A DNA stretch of 64,000 nt, taken from assembly GCA_051294375.1 (NCBI GenBank), contig CM119270.1, forward strand, positions 4,906,152 through 4,970,151, given 5' to 3'. Below are positions 15,177 to 28,757 of this stretch, in pieces; within the stretch, counting starts at the first letter, position 1, and each line of letters begins with the position of its first letter. A model generated the notes under the pieces. It saw only the letters and a list, made by a program, of their open reading frames with translations. It ran no database searches and was not told where the DNA came from. Origin of the DNA: Paraspadella gotoi. Lineage: Eukaryota; Animalia; Chaetognatha. Both the position numbers and the translations under genes were made by a program.

Positions 15177-15635
15177 CTGCAAAGAGAAAGAGGTATGGCC
15201 ACAGGAGAGTGGTTAAGTAAAGTCCGGAGAGAGTAAAGGCAGAGGGAGAGAGGCACCGATGTTACAACTGTAATGTGGCCAATACAATATTTTATCAGTA
15301 AAAACTAGGAAATTACCAATAAAGTCCTGAATACTTTAAAATTTTTGTTTTTTATTTCACTATATTATTTTCACTTCAATAAACTCCTAATCGCCTGAAT
15401 TAATTCCAAGCGATTACGCGAAAATTTGTTCAAGCTAACCTCTTAAGTTAAGCATACTTATATTCAAGCAGGGATCCGCGCTAATTGGTGGCGAACCCGA
15501 GATGTCGACCGAAGTAACACCCCTGACTCTGTATGCATCGCTGCCAAGCGTTGCCTGAAACGGCGGAAGTTGGCCGGAAAAGCACGAAGTGTCGACCAAT
15601 ACAACGTCATCAGTCCGAATTTCCTCGCCTGCAAC

Positions 15636-15828
15636 CTCTGAAGTATCCCTGGTGGATGACTGCCGAGCGTTTGAAGGATTGAGTGGAGGCGTTCGAGAGA
15701 CCAGATAGACTTTACGAAGTTTTGTCATCGGACGAGCGCTTCCATTCTGAACGCCAGGTGTCCAAAAAAATAAGCACGCTCTCCGTGGGACAGAGTATTG
15801 TACACGCCATCCGTCGGCATGAACGAAG
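15636..15828 (-). CDS. Aldo-keto reductase exon (noisy)
   Basis: ttccag acceptor; contains TTG GAC ACC TGG CGT..ATG GAA GCG CTC GTC..GAT GAC AAA..GTA AAG TCT ATC..GGT CTC TCG AAC, i.e. FLDTWRxMEALVDDKLVKSIGLSN, the AKR signature-2 region (TWxAMExLVDxGLVKSIGVSN). Confidence 0.7.
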
Positions 15829-15917
15829 CTGGAAGTAACGGCGTTATCGGTCATCACTTTTTCGCATTTAATAATTCGTTTAATAAGAAACATGATGCCA
15901 ACGGAAGCTAAATCGAC

Positions 15918-16021
15918 CTTGATGCCGCAAGGACTGTAGACGACGCGAGGTCAGAGATGTATATGTGGGACGCTCCCCAGTAGTAGAGGGCGGAGAAAAG
16001 TGTTTTGGGCATCATTACGCC
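15918..16021 (-). CDS. Aldo-keto reductase exon (LDYVDLYLIHxP region; noisy)
   Basis: tttccccag acceptor; approximate reading ..LLGVTYIDLVVLQSPCGIK|gt. It lies in the expected order between neighbouring AKR motifs. Confidence 0.45.
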
Positions 16022-16041
16022 CTGGGGAAAAGAAAAAACAC

Positions 16042-16165
16042 TTCCTTGGACCTGGCCGGGGCCGCGTGGTGAGTGTTGGTGCCAGTTTTGTGAAGGGTGA
16101 TGAAGATGGTCCTCAAAGTCGGAGGGTTTCCGTCGAAAAGATTTGTTTCGGATGGCTCGGCTTGA
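16042..16165 (-). CDS. Aldo-keto reductase exon (frameshift-noisy)
   Basis: Removing apparent single-base insertions gives about RAIRNKIFDGTLRLEDIFITSKLAPTHHRPGQVQ, resembling the AKR1 segment [23 protein letters not shown]..HRP. Boundaries approximate. Confidence 0.6.
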
Positions 16166-18499
16166 GCGAGGTAAGGAGATTTGAGACGGTAACCTCAAAT
16201 GTTTGAGATTCCCGACGTTTTTGCCGTGAATTGATATGGGAAGGGAGTCGGGCTTTCTGTCGAAAGCTCGAAGGCGATTTGGAAAACGTTAGCGAAAATC
16301 TTTCGGACAATAATTTATATGTTTGCCAAAAATAGTTATGTAATTTCAGTCAATTTCTTAATTTTGTCTTACGAATGAATAAGACACTTTATAAAATAAC
16401 GAATAATTTGAATAATTTTCAAAGCTAAACTTTCATTAATATAGCGTCGCCTACTTTTCCACCCATCTACCTAGTTCGCCTCCCCTGGCACCAGGGGCGC
16501 CTGTCGAAGCTGGCGATCAGCCTTTGCCATTTACGAATATGAGGCTACTAGATTATAGGTCCAATGGGAGTGGAGCCGGATACAGTGGTCATTGCTCTCC
16601 GCGGTTCCGATAGGTGCAGCAGATGCCCTGCGCATTTGCTATTGCACTGAGGCATGGAAAATGTCCTCGCTCTCTCAAGGAAGAGTGGGTGGGGGAATCT
16701 CAAATAGAGAATGCGACGGGAAATGGAAAGAATTTTGGTTGTTGGGTGGTTTTATTCAATATAGAGCCAGTAGAGTGAGAGAATTCAAGCGTACAAATGC
16801 CCACTCGAGAGTCAAATTTTGTCATTCAAATTCGTATGTTATTATAGTATTCACAAGACTTTAATTATTGTGACGGCACCGCAGTTACCTGATTAAAAAC
16901 GTGCATTGAGACCCCGCATTTTACCCCTTGTTCGACTCTCCCGGCATCTTTGTGACCCTTGAATTAAGATCTACCAGAAAATTATTGTCCCGTTATTAGT
17001 TTCGTTTAATATTTTTCTTTAATCCATCCGGCCCACTCTCCTCTCTTTCTTTTGCAATCTAGACTAGAATCGTCTATCGCAAATACTATCTATACAGACA
17101 AAGAAGAAAATCTATGTCTCTGCATTGCTAAAAAACTTTCCTACGCTAAGTGATGATTCATCTACTCCGCGTTTTCAATTCGTCTGACGAAGAGCGACTC
17201 TATGACAATTCTTATCGTCACCGACTGTCAAATCTTCCGAAGTCCTTTTCAGGCGTAAAAAAGACGATCGTGACTCGGAAATTTTATCGAACAGTAACGC
17301 CGGTCTCGATGGGAAGAGAGCGAACGGAGGAAAACGAGCCGCGCCTCTAGAGCGTTCGTCAATCAGAAAGCCGCGACGCCCGTGACCTGGAGAACGACGC
17401 AAAACTCCGAGGCGACCGCGGCGCGAGACTTTGGGCTGACGAGCTTAGCATTCGCGGGGGCAGGAGGTGCAAAGACCTTCCAATGAGTAGACCGTAAAAA
17501 TTACAGGTTCGTGGAGGAAAAAAAAAAAGAAGGAATTAATTAGCCTTACAAGCATATGTCCTATATTTAATAGAACATATTTTGAGAGGATTAATTTAGA
17601 TATTAGTTTGCACGTATTTTTAGCCTTGCTGGAAAGAAACTCCCTAGATTATAAAAAAACATCCAAAGCGCCTCCAAAGCCGTGAATGTATCTCCCTCCG
17701 CGTCCTTTCATCACGATGGCTGTTGACACTGCCGTCTCGGCCAAGACTTGGATGTGGGACGAATTGACGCGACGACGACAAACCCTTTCCGCCCAGCTGA
17801 GATCTAGAGGGGTCGGTGTCTTCGTGCGTCTTCCGTCGGAGCATTTCGCCGAGAAGGCCGGAGACGTGCGAGAGACACGAGACGGTGCGTAGAGCCAGGG
17901 AGAGCCGACGAGCGAGAGCGAAGAGCAGAATATGTATAGAGACAGCTCCAGCATTAATACGGAAAGATCGAGTTTGGATAATAACAAAAGAGGCAGTTTA
18001 TTATGTGGAGTTGCCTGGCGGTAATTTGTTAAAGTTTTGGTGGAGAATAAAGGGCGTTGAGAGAAAGCTGTGATGTGTAGGGCTTATTGGTGGTGTTTCG
18101 TTGTATACACTGACGATTGGTGAATAAGTTAAATTCAGTATAAACTGGCTGTTTTGTGTACTAAATTATTAGTTTTTGTTTCCGCATAGCATGCGCGTTT
18201 TACCTTCTTTGACTGAACCTAAGTCGATTCCCTTTGTCAGATGGGCTATATCGTGCGCCGTACGTTTTATCGTCTGCCCATCGTCGTCACCGAGTCTCAC
18301 CCTCATTTAATTGTGTCAGCTCTGTGTTTGAAGTATCTCGTTGGTTGCGTAAGCGATGAGAGACAATAAGCACCCTAGTTGTATCCGGATGAATCTAGAA
18401 CCAGAGGTAGAGCATAGATAATAGCACATAGTGTAACGCACAGATCGATTGGACAGAAACCTCGTATCCTTCCTTAAGGATCGGCGACAAAATGCTGGC

Positions 18500-21400
18500 A
18501 CTGTGCACGTCTTCCTCGCCGTCAATTGTTATATACCAATAACCGCACTAAATATATTAGGCTAGAAATGCGAGTGGCTGGGTCAATAGTCACGATGGAA
18601 CTCTTTTGCCTAAATAACTGCTGATGGAGGGGGGAAAAAAATCAAAGACTCTGAGCATGTGCTTAATTTTTTTTTATTTTTGTTATTGCTTAGGATTAAG
18701 GACTGCCGGAATTTCTAGATTTTGGGGATTTTTTAAGTTGTCTGACCTTTCACGTAACAGGAATTTGCACTGGACATACGGGATTTTAAGAGGAAATGTC
18801 ACGGAGTGTTTGAATTGATACTCCGGGTTTATAGTCCGCGTCGCGGCTGCGCCATGAGCTTCAGCGGCATATTTTACTACTTGAACCGATTCATTGGTTA
18901 TCTACTTTGTTGAGTGAATTATGTGGCCCGCCATGGGATTGATCCTCTCTTGCGGCGTTTCGCTCTGCTCGCAAACGCGTGAATTCCTCGGTCGTTTCAG
19001 AGAGGTCTGTGCTCATGTGGAAATGGTTACTCATAGTGTCTCCAGTTTCACCCGCTTCTTTCAGAGTAGTTTTGGAGGACGGATAATGGAGGGTCTTTGT
19101 TCCTGTCTCAGGACGTTGCAGCGCACCACTGTTTGGGTGGAGGACTACTTTGTACTTTTAATTACCGCGTTAGTAATGGTTAATTTGCCAAATATGTCCG
19201 GTGAGACTACGTTAAAATGGATTAATTATTGGGTAACGAATCAATGAGCTTTTATTATCCTTTTTTTTGTTCTTTTTGAATCTAATGTTTAGTTTTATTA
19301 GTTGTTAAGGTTATAAGGTTTTTGTGTTTAATTCGTCTCTTCGCGTACGGTTTCTCTTGTCTCACTATCCTTTTTCTTCGAGCTTCTTATCTATATCCTC
19401 TTTTCCTTGTGTTTGTTCTCACATTTGAGTTCTCTATTAATGGATTGCGCAATTTTTCTTCTACCCATAGGTCCTGTATAGATGCGTGATTATATCCTTT
19501 TTCCTTCTTCACCGGCTTCGTTTGACATGATTGGTCATTAGAAGGTGCAACGTCATTTTTTGTTCTTCAGTGTAGGTCTGCAGATTCGTCAGGTACGGTA
19601 TCGATCCTTCTACATGGAGCACATTTTCTTTGTACCTTTCTCATCACCCTTCCTTGCTCATTAACCGCCTTCTTTCTTCCGGACCTTCGTGCTATCCTTC
19701 TTATTGTGTCTTGAGCTGAACATCTTGGCCATCCTTTCTTAACCCTATTCTTCCTTTCTTCAACCTGCCTTTCTTCACTCTTCCTTTCTTGCACTCTACC
19801 CTGATTCTATGAAATCTGAAAGCACATCGCTCTTACAACTTTCTTCACCTTCCTTTCTCTTGCACCTCTTCCCTTTCTTTTCACCCCTTTGCCTTTTTTT
19901 AACCCCCTCTTTTCATTTTCTTTCTCGCACACTTGGGTTTGAAGTTTTTTCTCTTTCTTTTTCACTTATATCGACTGACATAAAATATGATGTTGACGAC
20001 ATATTTTACTTTTAACTTAAATCCTTCCTTGTTTCTCACCCTTCTTTCTTTCTTTACTTCTTGTTATTTTCGAATTATTGTTTATTTGCCTCTTCACACA
20101 TCTTTAGAGAGCAAGTGTTTTCTGACATATTGTTACCGGTTAATCTACTCTTCCTTTCTTTAACCCTTGCTCACCGACCTTTCTATTCATATTGCTTCCT
20201 TTAATCCCTTCTTCTTCACCCTTACAATAAAGTTTCCTTATTAACCTGTCCGTTTCGCGTGACTATGTGTGACGTCTCGCCTTCTTTTCCTTTACCGCTT
20301 GAAGTTAGCCTTTTTCGTCTGTCCATCACCCTGTTTGATGTTTTTTTTCCGAGCGGGCTGTTCCTTCCTTCTTACCCCTATCTTTTCTTACACCCTTTTG
20401 TTCTCAGTCGGGCCTGTCCCTTCTACCTTCCCTTGCTCTTTACTGTTTGGCTTTACCTTCTTTCACTCCTCCTTTCTTATCCGCTCGCCTTTATTCTCCT
20501 TTTTCTTCTGTATCACGCCTTTGTTTTTTTTTGCGCGCCTCTTCTTCACCTGTTACCTTGCCCTTTCTACCCTTAACAGTCTATCTTGACAGCTTTTTCT
20601 GGCCTTCCTTTTTTCTTGGCGCGACACGGGAGAAACAGGATTTTCCTCTTTCCTTTCTATCACTCTCCTTTCTCTTCTCCACTTCTCTTCATTTTTTTAT
20701 TTTTGTTGTCAAATCTGGTATATTTTTCACTCGTTCGTTTCATAATTCGTTTATTCCTCCCCTCACTCTCTACGACCAGGAATGACTCAAAAGCAGTGTA
20801 GAGCCGCGCCGCGGCCTTTGCTCTCTCTCTATGCGTGAACTTCGAGAAAGTACCCAGATAGACATTGTGATGGGAGAGGCGAGAAAAAGGAGAGAGGTAA
20901 TTTATCAAAGAGAAGGATCGTGTAACACAGATAAAGCAGTGGATAGACGACAGGAGGATATACAGTATAGGGGCATCGTGGTAAACAAATGATAATTAGA
21001 GAAAAGAGAACATGGATGAATAGAGAAAGGGCATTGTGCAATTATCATAAGATAAGGAGAGAAAGTGTGAGGAATGATTATCCGGGTTGTATTTGTGTGT
21101 AATTTGTTATCGTACACACAACTTAGGATTTTGTTCATGCGGTCGGCGAATAGTGAAAAGTAGATGAAAGGGAAGTTTGAATAAAAGATTAAACGACCGA
21201 ACAAAATATAATCCGTAAAAAATTTTTACAGATTTGGGAGACTATAAGGTGTAGTATTCGACAATTGTACGAAAAAAAAAACATTATATTATCAGTTTAA
21301 AAATGAAAGAGTAGTATTAATATACGACTTAATTTTATAGGAATTCTTGTGAAGTAAATACGTTAAGTATGTTTTTATCAATATTTTTATTAAGAATATA

Positions 21401-22322
21401 CGGAAATGTCATAATTTAAACGATCTCGATAATGGGGGCTGTGATTTTGATTTTCTTGTTGGATTTTATTTCTTTAGATATTGTCTGTTTCAATAAGGTA
21501 CGATAAAATTTATTTTGTGCCTGTACATGCTACGCCGTTGCTGGTTCAGAAGTTTGAGAAAATAGTTAGCATTACAGTGTTCATGACTATCGATTCTTTC
21601 GAGACGGTCCTATTTGATCACTTTTCATATTCATGATAGTTCCTTTGCAGCTATGTTTCTTGTTTATAGCACATCATGAATTGACTTTCTTTATTAGTAT
21701 ACCGTTCATTAATTTAAAACAAGACACTTGTTTATTTTGTTTATAAACCTTAATGTGGAGCTCTTTTTTAGTTGGTGACGTCAATCATTGCGATTGAGTC
21801 TTAGATTCTATATACATTTAACACTTATACTCGTCACGAATCTTTTGTAATAATAATGATTATATCTCAAATAGATTTCTCGACCAAGAGCTCGTTTATC
21901 ACACACTTTTCGTTGTTAGGATTCTAATTTTCATTTATAGATTAGTTTACCCACCGTTAATTAATACATACTTAATTTGATAATTTCTTTAATCTAATTC
22001 TTTTTCCTCCCTTACGGTCCTAATAATTATGAAGGATGATGATAAATAATAACCGTATTTACTGGTTTTCTGCAGCTTCAATTATTTGTATTACCGAGAC
22101 ATTCACACGCCCGTTATTGATTAGTCTTATATTTATTTTCCCCGTAAAAACGTGAAAGAAAAACGACACAAAGTTCTCTCCTTGACCACTTCTTTGGTTT
22201 TGGTTTACAGGGAGAGAATGAGACTGGGCGTGAAAAGCCATGTGACGGGGCAGCGGAACAAGTCGAGGTACCATAGAAGGCGGAACGGGAGCGAACCAAA
22301 ACCGTTGAGGAATAATAATAAT

Positions 22323-22368
<46 letters not shown>

Positions 22369-24681
22369 GGGCGCGAATCGGGAAAAACGTGTGATAATTA
22401 TATATATAAATTATTATATAGGCGAACGGAGCGGACTACCTTGAGGACTTCTTCCGACGCTGAATTATTATGAGCGAAGCGATTCGGGGAAATGATGCAG
22501 CGTCAGAAGAGCGAGTCTCATCAAGGGGTATTTGGGGGGAGGGGTGCGATGCATGAGGGTGGTTACTAGGTGGGTTAGAGATGGGAAGGGTTGGTGGATA
22601 GCAGGTTAGTGGAATGTTGGGAATGCTTTCGGTTAGTATCGCGACGTTATTACGGATATTAATTATTATTTGGGTTAATATAAGTAAGAAAAGGCAAGAA
22701 TCAGCGAATATAAATCGATGAGAACCGAAGTTTTTAAGAGTTAGAAAGACTAATCTAGACAATGAAGCCGGAACCTAGTTATGGTATTAAATCGACTAAT
22801 TAATAATTAAGATTAAAGTGGATGGTGGGAAACTATGTTTTTGGATTAAAGGTGGGGTAAATCTGTGACGCTGAAATCGAGGTGGTTAATGATAGCGGGG
22901 GCGAGGGAAAGGAAAAAGTTGCCTCCTTCTTTTATCGACAAAAAAAAGTGGTGAAAGCGTTGACGATGGTGAAGATGATTGACAAAAAACGATTGTACCA
23001 CAAGAGTAGGAGAGAAAAGAAGAAAGAGAGATAGAGAGAGAAGAGAGCCTAGGGATTTTGTTATGCGTCTAAAGGAGACGGAATAAAAAAATAAGATATT
23101 TCTTTGCTTCCGGGCGGCAAAAAAAATTGTAAACGAGGCTTTTGCCACTCCTCGTCGTCTCCAGTGGATTTCAAGTCCCCCTCGATGTCACTGACCGGTT
23201 CGTGAAGAGTAGTAAAGATAGAGGAGAGATGAGAGAGCAGAAGAGAGAGGACGAGGTGCAGAGGGACGCGAGAGAGAAGAGGAGAGAGAGAGTAGAGACG
23301 AGAGAGGTAAGATCGTTTCACAAAAACGATGAAGAAGATCGATCGCAATTTCTCTCTGGAGAGACCAAGCCACGACAAAAACACGAGGTTTCCGACAAAC
23401 AACAGTCTTTTAACAACAACAAACAAACAACAACAACCAACACAACATACAACAACAACACACAACAACAACAACAAGAACAACAACACAACAANNNNNN
23501 NNNNNNNNNNNNNNNNNNNCTCCAGTGATTTCAAGTCCCCTCTCGATGTCACTGACGGTCGTGAGAGTAAATAGAGAGAGATGAGAGCGAGAGAGAGGAG
23601 AGAGAATGAGGAGGACGCGAGAGAGAGAGAAGACGCCGAGAGAGAAGAGAGACGAAGAGGTAAGATCGTGTTACTAAAAACGAGATAAAGATCGATCGTC
23701 GAATTCTTCTCTGGAAGACCAAGTCACGACAAAAACAGAGGGTTTCCGACAAACAACAGTCTTTTAACAACAACAAGACAACAACACAAAACAACAACAA
23801 CAACAAACACACAAAACAACAACACAACGACGAGGAGTGGCAAAAGCCTCTTTACAATTTTTTTCCCCCGGAGCAAAGAAATATTTATTTTTTTTCCCTC
23901 CTTTAGACCATAACAAATCCCTAGGCTCTCTCTCTCTCTATCTCTCTTTCTCTTTCTCTCCTACTCTTGTGTGTCAACATCGTTTTTGTCATCATCTTCA
24001 CCATCGTCAACGCTTTCACACTTTTTTTTTGTCGATAAAAGAAGGCGGCAACTTTTCCTTTCCCTCGCCCCTCTATCATTAACCACCTCGATTTCACGTC
24101 ACAGATTTACCCCACCTTTAATTCAAAAACATAGTTTCCCACCATCCACTTTAATCTTATTATTAATTAGTCATTAATACCATAACTAGGTTCCGGCCTC
24201 ATTGTCTAATTAGTCTTCAACTCTTAAAAACTTCGGTTCTCATCGATTTTATTCGCTGATTCTGCCTTTTCTTATCTTATTAACCCAAATAATAATTAAT
24301 ATCCGTAATAACGTCCGATTAACCAAGCATTCCTCAACATCCACTAACCACTGCTATCCCACCGAACCCTTCCATCCTAACCCCACCTGTAACCACCCTC
24401 ATCATCCACCCCTTCCCCCCAAATACCCCTGGTTGAGACTCTGTCTCTCTGACCGCATGCATCATTTCCGCCGAATCGCTTCGCTCATAATAATTCAGAC
24501 GTCGTGGAAGAAGTCCTCCAAGGTACGGTTCCGCTCCCGTTCCGCCTGATTATTATTTATTATTATTAAATTATTAATTATTTATTAATTATTATTATTA
24601 TTATTATTATTCATCAACGTTTATGGTCCGGCTCGATTCGCGCCCTTTATTATTATTAATTATTATGTATTATTATTATTA

Positions 24682-24712
<31 letters not shown>

Positions 24713-24834
24713 CTCAACGGTTTGGTTCGGATCCCCGTTCCGCCTTTATTAATTATTAATTATTATTATTATTATTATTAAATTATTATTATTATTACTC
24801 ACGGTATGGTTCGCTTCTCCGTTGCGCCTTATTA

Positions 24835-24872
<38 letters not shown>

Positions 24873-24916
24873 TATTTAATTATATCCTCACGGTATGGTT
24901 CGCTCCCGTTCTCGCC

Positions 24917-24971
<55 letters not shown>

Positions 24972-26900
24972 CTCAACGGTTTAGGTTCGCTCCCGTTCCG
25001 CCTTTATTACCTTCGACTTTCTCCCCGCCCGGTCCTCTTTCCCGCCACACTCCCCTGGAGGGGAAGGGAGAACTTTGTGTTGTTCTTTCACGTTTTACGG
25101 GGAAAATAAATTAGCTTTAACGGGGCGGAGTGACGGTTTATTATTATCATCATCCTTTTCATAATTATTAGGTAGGAAGAAAGATAGAAAGATATAAGAT
25201 ATTAATTAAGGTTAAACTAAAGAATGAAAATGAAAGAAAGAAAAAGAAAAAAAGAGAAAAAGAAAGAGAGAAAGAAATAAAGAANNNNNNNNNNNNNNNN
25301 NNNNNNNNNNNNNNNNNNNNNNNNNNNNNNNNNNNNNNNNNNNNNNNNNNNNNNNNNNNNNNNNNNNNNNNNNNNNNNNNNNNNNNNNNNNNNNNNNNNN
25401 NNNNNNNNNNNNNNNNNNNNNNNNNNNNNNNNNNNNNNNNNNNNNNNNNNNNNNNNNNNNNNNNNNNNNNNNNNNNNNNNNNNNNNNNNNNNNNNNNNNN
25501 NNNNNNNNNNNNNNNNNNNNNNNNNNNNNNNNNNNNNNNNNNNNNNCAATAAATTATCGATCGTTTGCTTTCGTTTCTTAAAAAAATTTTTAAACATCTA
25601 CGTATTTTCTCACAAATATAAAAGTATATAATACTATTCATTTTTAAACGATAATTATATGTTATTTTTTTTTTAATTGGACGTACAACCATTCCCAAAT
25701 CTTTAAAATTTTTCTTTAGTTTTGTTCGGTCGTTTAATCTTTTATCAAACTTCCNNNNNNNNNNNNNNNNNNNNNNNNNNNNNNNTTTTTTTTTAATTGG
25801 TCGTACAACCATTCCCAAATCTGTAAAATTTTTATTTAGTTTTGTTCGGTCGTTTAATCTTTTATCAAACTTCCCTTTCATCTTTACTTTTCACTATTCG
25901 CGACGCGGTGTACACATTACACTACAACGTAATCATTTACCTTTCTTCTTCCTTATCTTATGTATCACATGCCTTTCTCTTTCATCCTTCTCTTTTCTCT
26001 ATTATCTTGTTTACCACGATTCCCCCTCTTTTATCCTCCTTCTCTATTCACTCTTATCTTGTTTACCACGATTCCTTCTCTTTTATCCTCTCCTTTTTTT
26101 CTCTGCCCTCTCGCCATCAAATGTCACGTCTTTTCGAGTCGAGGAGAGCAAAGCCGCGCCTCTCNNNNNNNNNNNNNNNNNNNNNNNNNNNNNNNNNNNN
26201 NNNNNNNNNNNNNNNNNNNNNNNNNNNNNNNNNNNNNNNNNNNNNNNNNNNNNNNNNNNNNNNNNNNNNNNNNNNNNNNNNNNNNNNNNNNNNNNNNNNN
26301 NNNNNNNNNNNNNNNNNNNNNNNNNNNNNNNNNNNNNNNNNNNNNNNNNNNNNNNNNNNNNNNNNNNNNNNNNNNNNNNNNNNNNNNNNNNNNNNNNNNN
26401 NNNNNNNNAGGAAGGGTGAAGAAAGAAAGGAAGGGTGAAGAAAGGGTTGGAAAAAAAAACCTAAAGAGCATTAACAAAAACCTAAAACCTAAAACTAAAA
26501 AACTAAACTTGATTCAAAGATACAAAGGATAATAAAGCTTTGATTCGTATATAAGATAACATTACTAACGCTTAATTAAAAGCACAAAGTTCTAACAGGG
26601 CTCACTCTTGAAAGCCAAATATCCAAGAAAGTCTCGGCAATCCCCCCCCCCAAAAAAAAAGCTGAACACAATTTTCAATCTTCTAAACTCAGCGACTGGA
26701 AAAACCGTTAATCAAACATCGTGACATTTCCTCTTTAAATCCGTCCAATGCAACCTGTCGTGACTCACTGACCAAACAGAATTCAATCCTTAAAAAAAAA
26801 AAAAAAAAAAAATTAGCAAAAGAGTCTTTGATTTTTTTCCCCCTCCATCAGATATTCAAAACCATTTGATCTATATATTTATCGATTGTATAACATTGAC
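18500..26900. repeat. Large inverted duplication centred ~23.5 kb
   Basis: 22020-23157 is the reverse complement of 23828-25170; 20800-21430 of 25550-26165; 18500-19350 of 26480-26900. The hub 23158-23827 is a direct duplicate across the 25-N gap 23495-23519. Confidence 0.85.
24510..25010. repeat. Minisatellite: ~35-bp core separated by variable (ATT)n
   Basis: cctcaacggtttggttcgctcccgttccgcctt + (att)n about 6 times; only 2-3 units in the equivalent copies at 22275-22440 and 40260-40390. Confidence 0.85.
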
Positions 26901-28702
26901 CCCATTTAAATTTTTTTCACTTTGTCATCATCGTACCAGTTCACAGTCCGTCAATGAGGACACTTTCCACCCAGTCTTTTTTTTATCCCATCCTTATCAC
27001 GAAACCACATAACCCTCACTCCGTATAATCCCCTTTTCTCCCAACTAAATCGCCATATAATCCTTTTTTTTTNNNNNNNNNNNNNNNNNNNNNNNNNNNN
27101 NNNNNNNNNNNNNNNNNNNNNNNNNNNNNNNNNNNNNNNNNNNNNNNNNNNNNNNNNNNNNNNNNNNNNNNNNNNNNNNNNNNNNNNNNNNNNNNNNNNN
27201 NNNNNNNNNNNNNNNNNNNNNNNNNNNNNNNNNNNNNNNNNNNNNNNNNNNNNNNNNNNNNNNNNNNNNNNNNNNNNNNNNNNNNNNNNNNNNNNNNNNN
27301 NNNNNNNNNNNNNNNNNNNNNNNNNNNNNNNNNNNNNNNNNNNNNNNNNNNNNNNNNNNNNNNNNNNNNNNNNNNNNNNNNNNNNNNNNNNNNNNNNNNN
27401 NNNNNNNNNNNNNNNNNNNNNNNNNNNNNNNNNNNNNNNNNNNNNNNNNNNNNNNNNNNNNNNNNNNNNNNNNNNNNNNNNNNNNNNNNNNNNNNNNNNN
27501 NNNNNNNNNNNNNNNNNNNNNNNNNNNNNNNNNNNNNNNNNNNNNNNNNNNNNNNNNNNNNNNNNNNNNNNNNNNNNNNNNNNNNNNNNNNNNNNNNNNN
27601 NNNNNNNNNNNNNNNNNNNNNNNNNNNNNNNNNNNNNNNNNNNNNNNNNNNNNNNNNNNNNNNNNNNNNNNNNNNNNNNNNNNNNNNNNNNNNNNNNNNN
27701 NNNNNNNNNNNNNNNNNNNNNNNNNNNNNNNNNNNNNNNNNNNNNNNNNNNNNNNNNNNNNNNNNNNNNNNNNNNNNNNNNNNNNNNNNNNNNNNNNNNN
27801 NNNNNNNNNNNNNNNNNNNNNNNNNNNNNNNNNNNNNNNNNNNNNNNNNNNNNNNNNNNNNNNNNNNNNNNNNNNNNNNNNNNNNNNNNNNNNNNNNNNN
27901 NNNNNNNNNNNNNNNNNNNNNNNNNNNNNNNNNNNNNNNNNNNNNNNNNNNNNNNNNNNNNNNNNNNNNNNNNNNNNNNNNNNNNNNNNNNNNNNNNNNN
28001 NNNNNNNNNNNNNNNNNNNNNNNNNNNNNNNNNNNNNNNNNNNNNNNNNNNNNNTGAAAAAGCAATTCATACTAACATTTATGACAAAATTTGAATAAGT
28101 TATGGGTAAAGTTCTGTTATGGAAATTAGAAAACAAATGCAGCCAAGTTGACAAAAAAACAATCAGATGGTAATAATATTAAACTTTTCTTACGGTAAAA
28201 TATACATTTTTCTAAAACTTTTTTTTTCGTCTCGAATTAATGCAACTTTTGGCGCCCGTGAATTGGATCTTGGAAACCAAATTATGGCTCGAGAGGTCAA
28301 CTAGAGGTCACAAAATATTGACCAATGAAGTTGAGACTGACCCTTCAAAAGGGAACCGACCCCAATGACGAGACTGGTTCCGACGGGCCATTGGAAACGA
28401 TGCTGCCAGAGATGGTCGCAGATAAAACTGATCTAGTGATTTGGACGATCAATTCCAATTTCGTAAAAACCGGACCCGCTTCGTAAATATTTTCATAAAA
28501 CCGGTTTTCGTCTTCGTTAAATCGAGTCTTCGTTTAAATCGTTTAAATCGTTTAAATCTAGACTCATTAGATTCTCGGTTTGATAATCGATGAATATATT
28601 TGTCTAAAAGGTGCGTCGCCCTGCTAATTAAAAGCCTGAATCTATACTAATTTACTTTTATCTCGTTTTGCCGGCAGAGTTCAACGGCCGAGAGAGAGAG
28701 AG

Positions 28703-28757
<55 letters not shown>

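Noticed and set aside
24510-25010. CRISPR-like look: ~35-bp repeats with spacers
   Set aside because: The spacers are all (ATT)n microsatellite, the context is eukaryotic and no cas genes are present; this is a minisatellite.
27016-28154. 349/369-aa ORFs
   Set aside because: They consist almost entirely of N gap.
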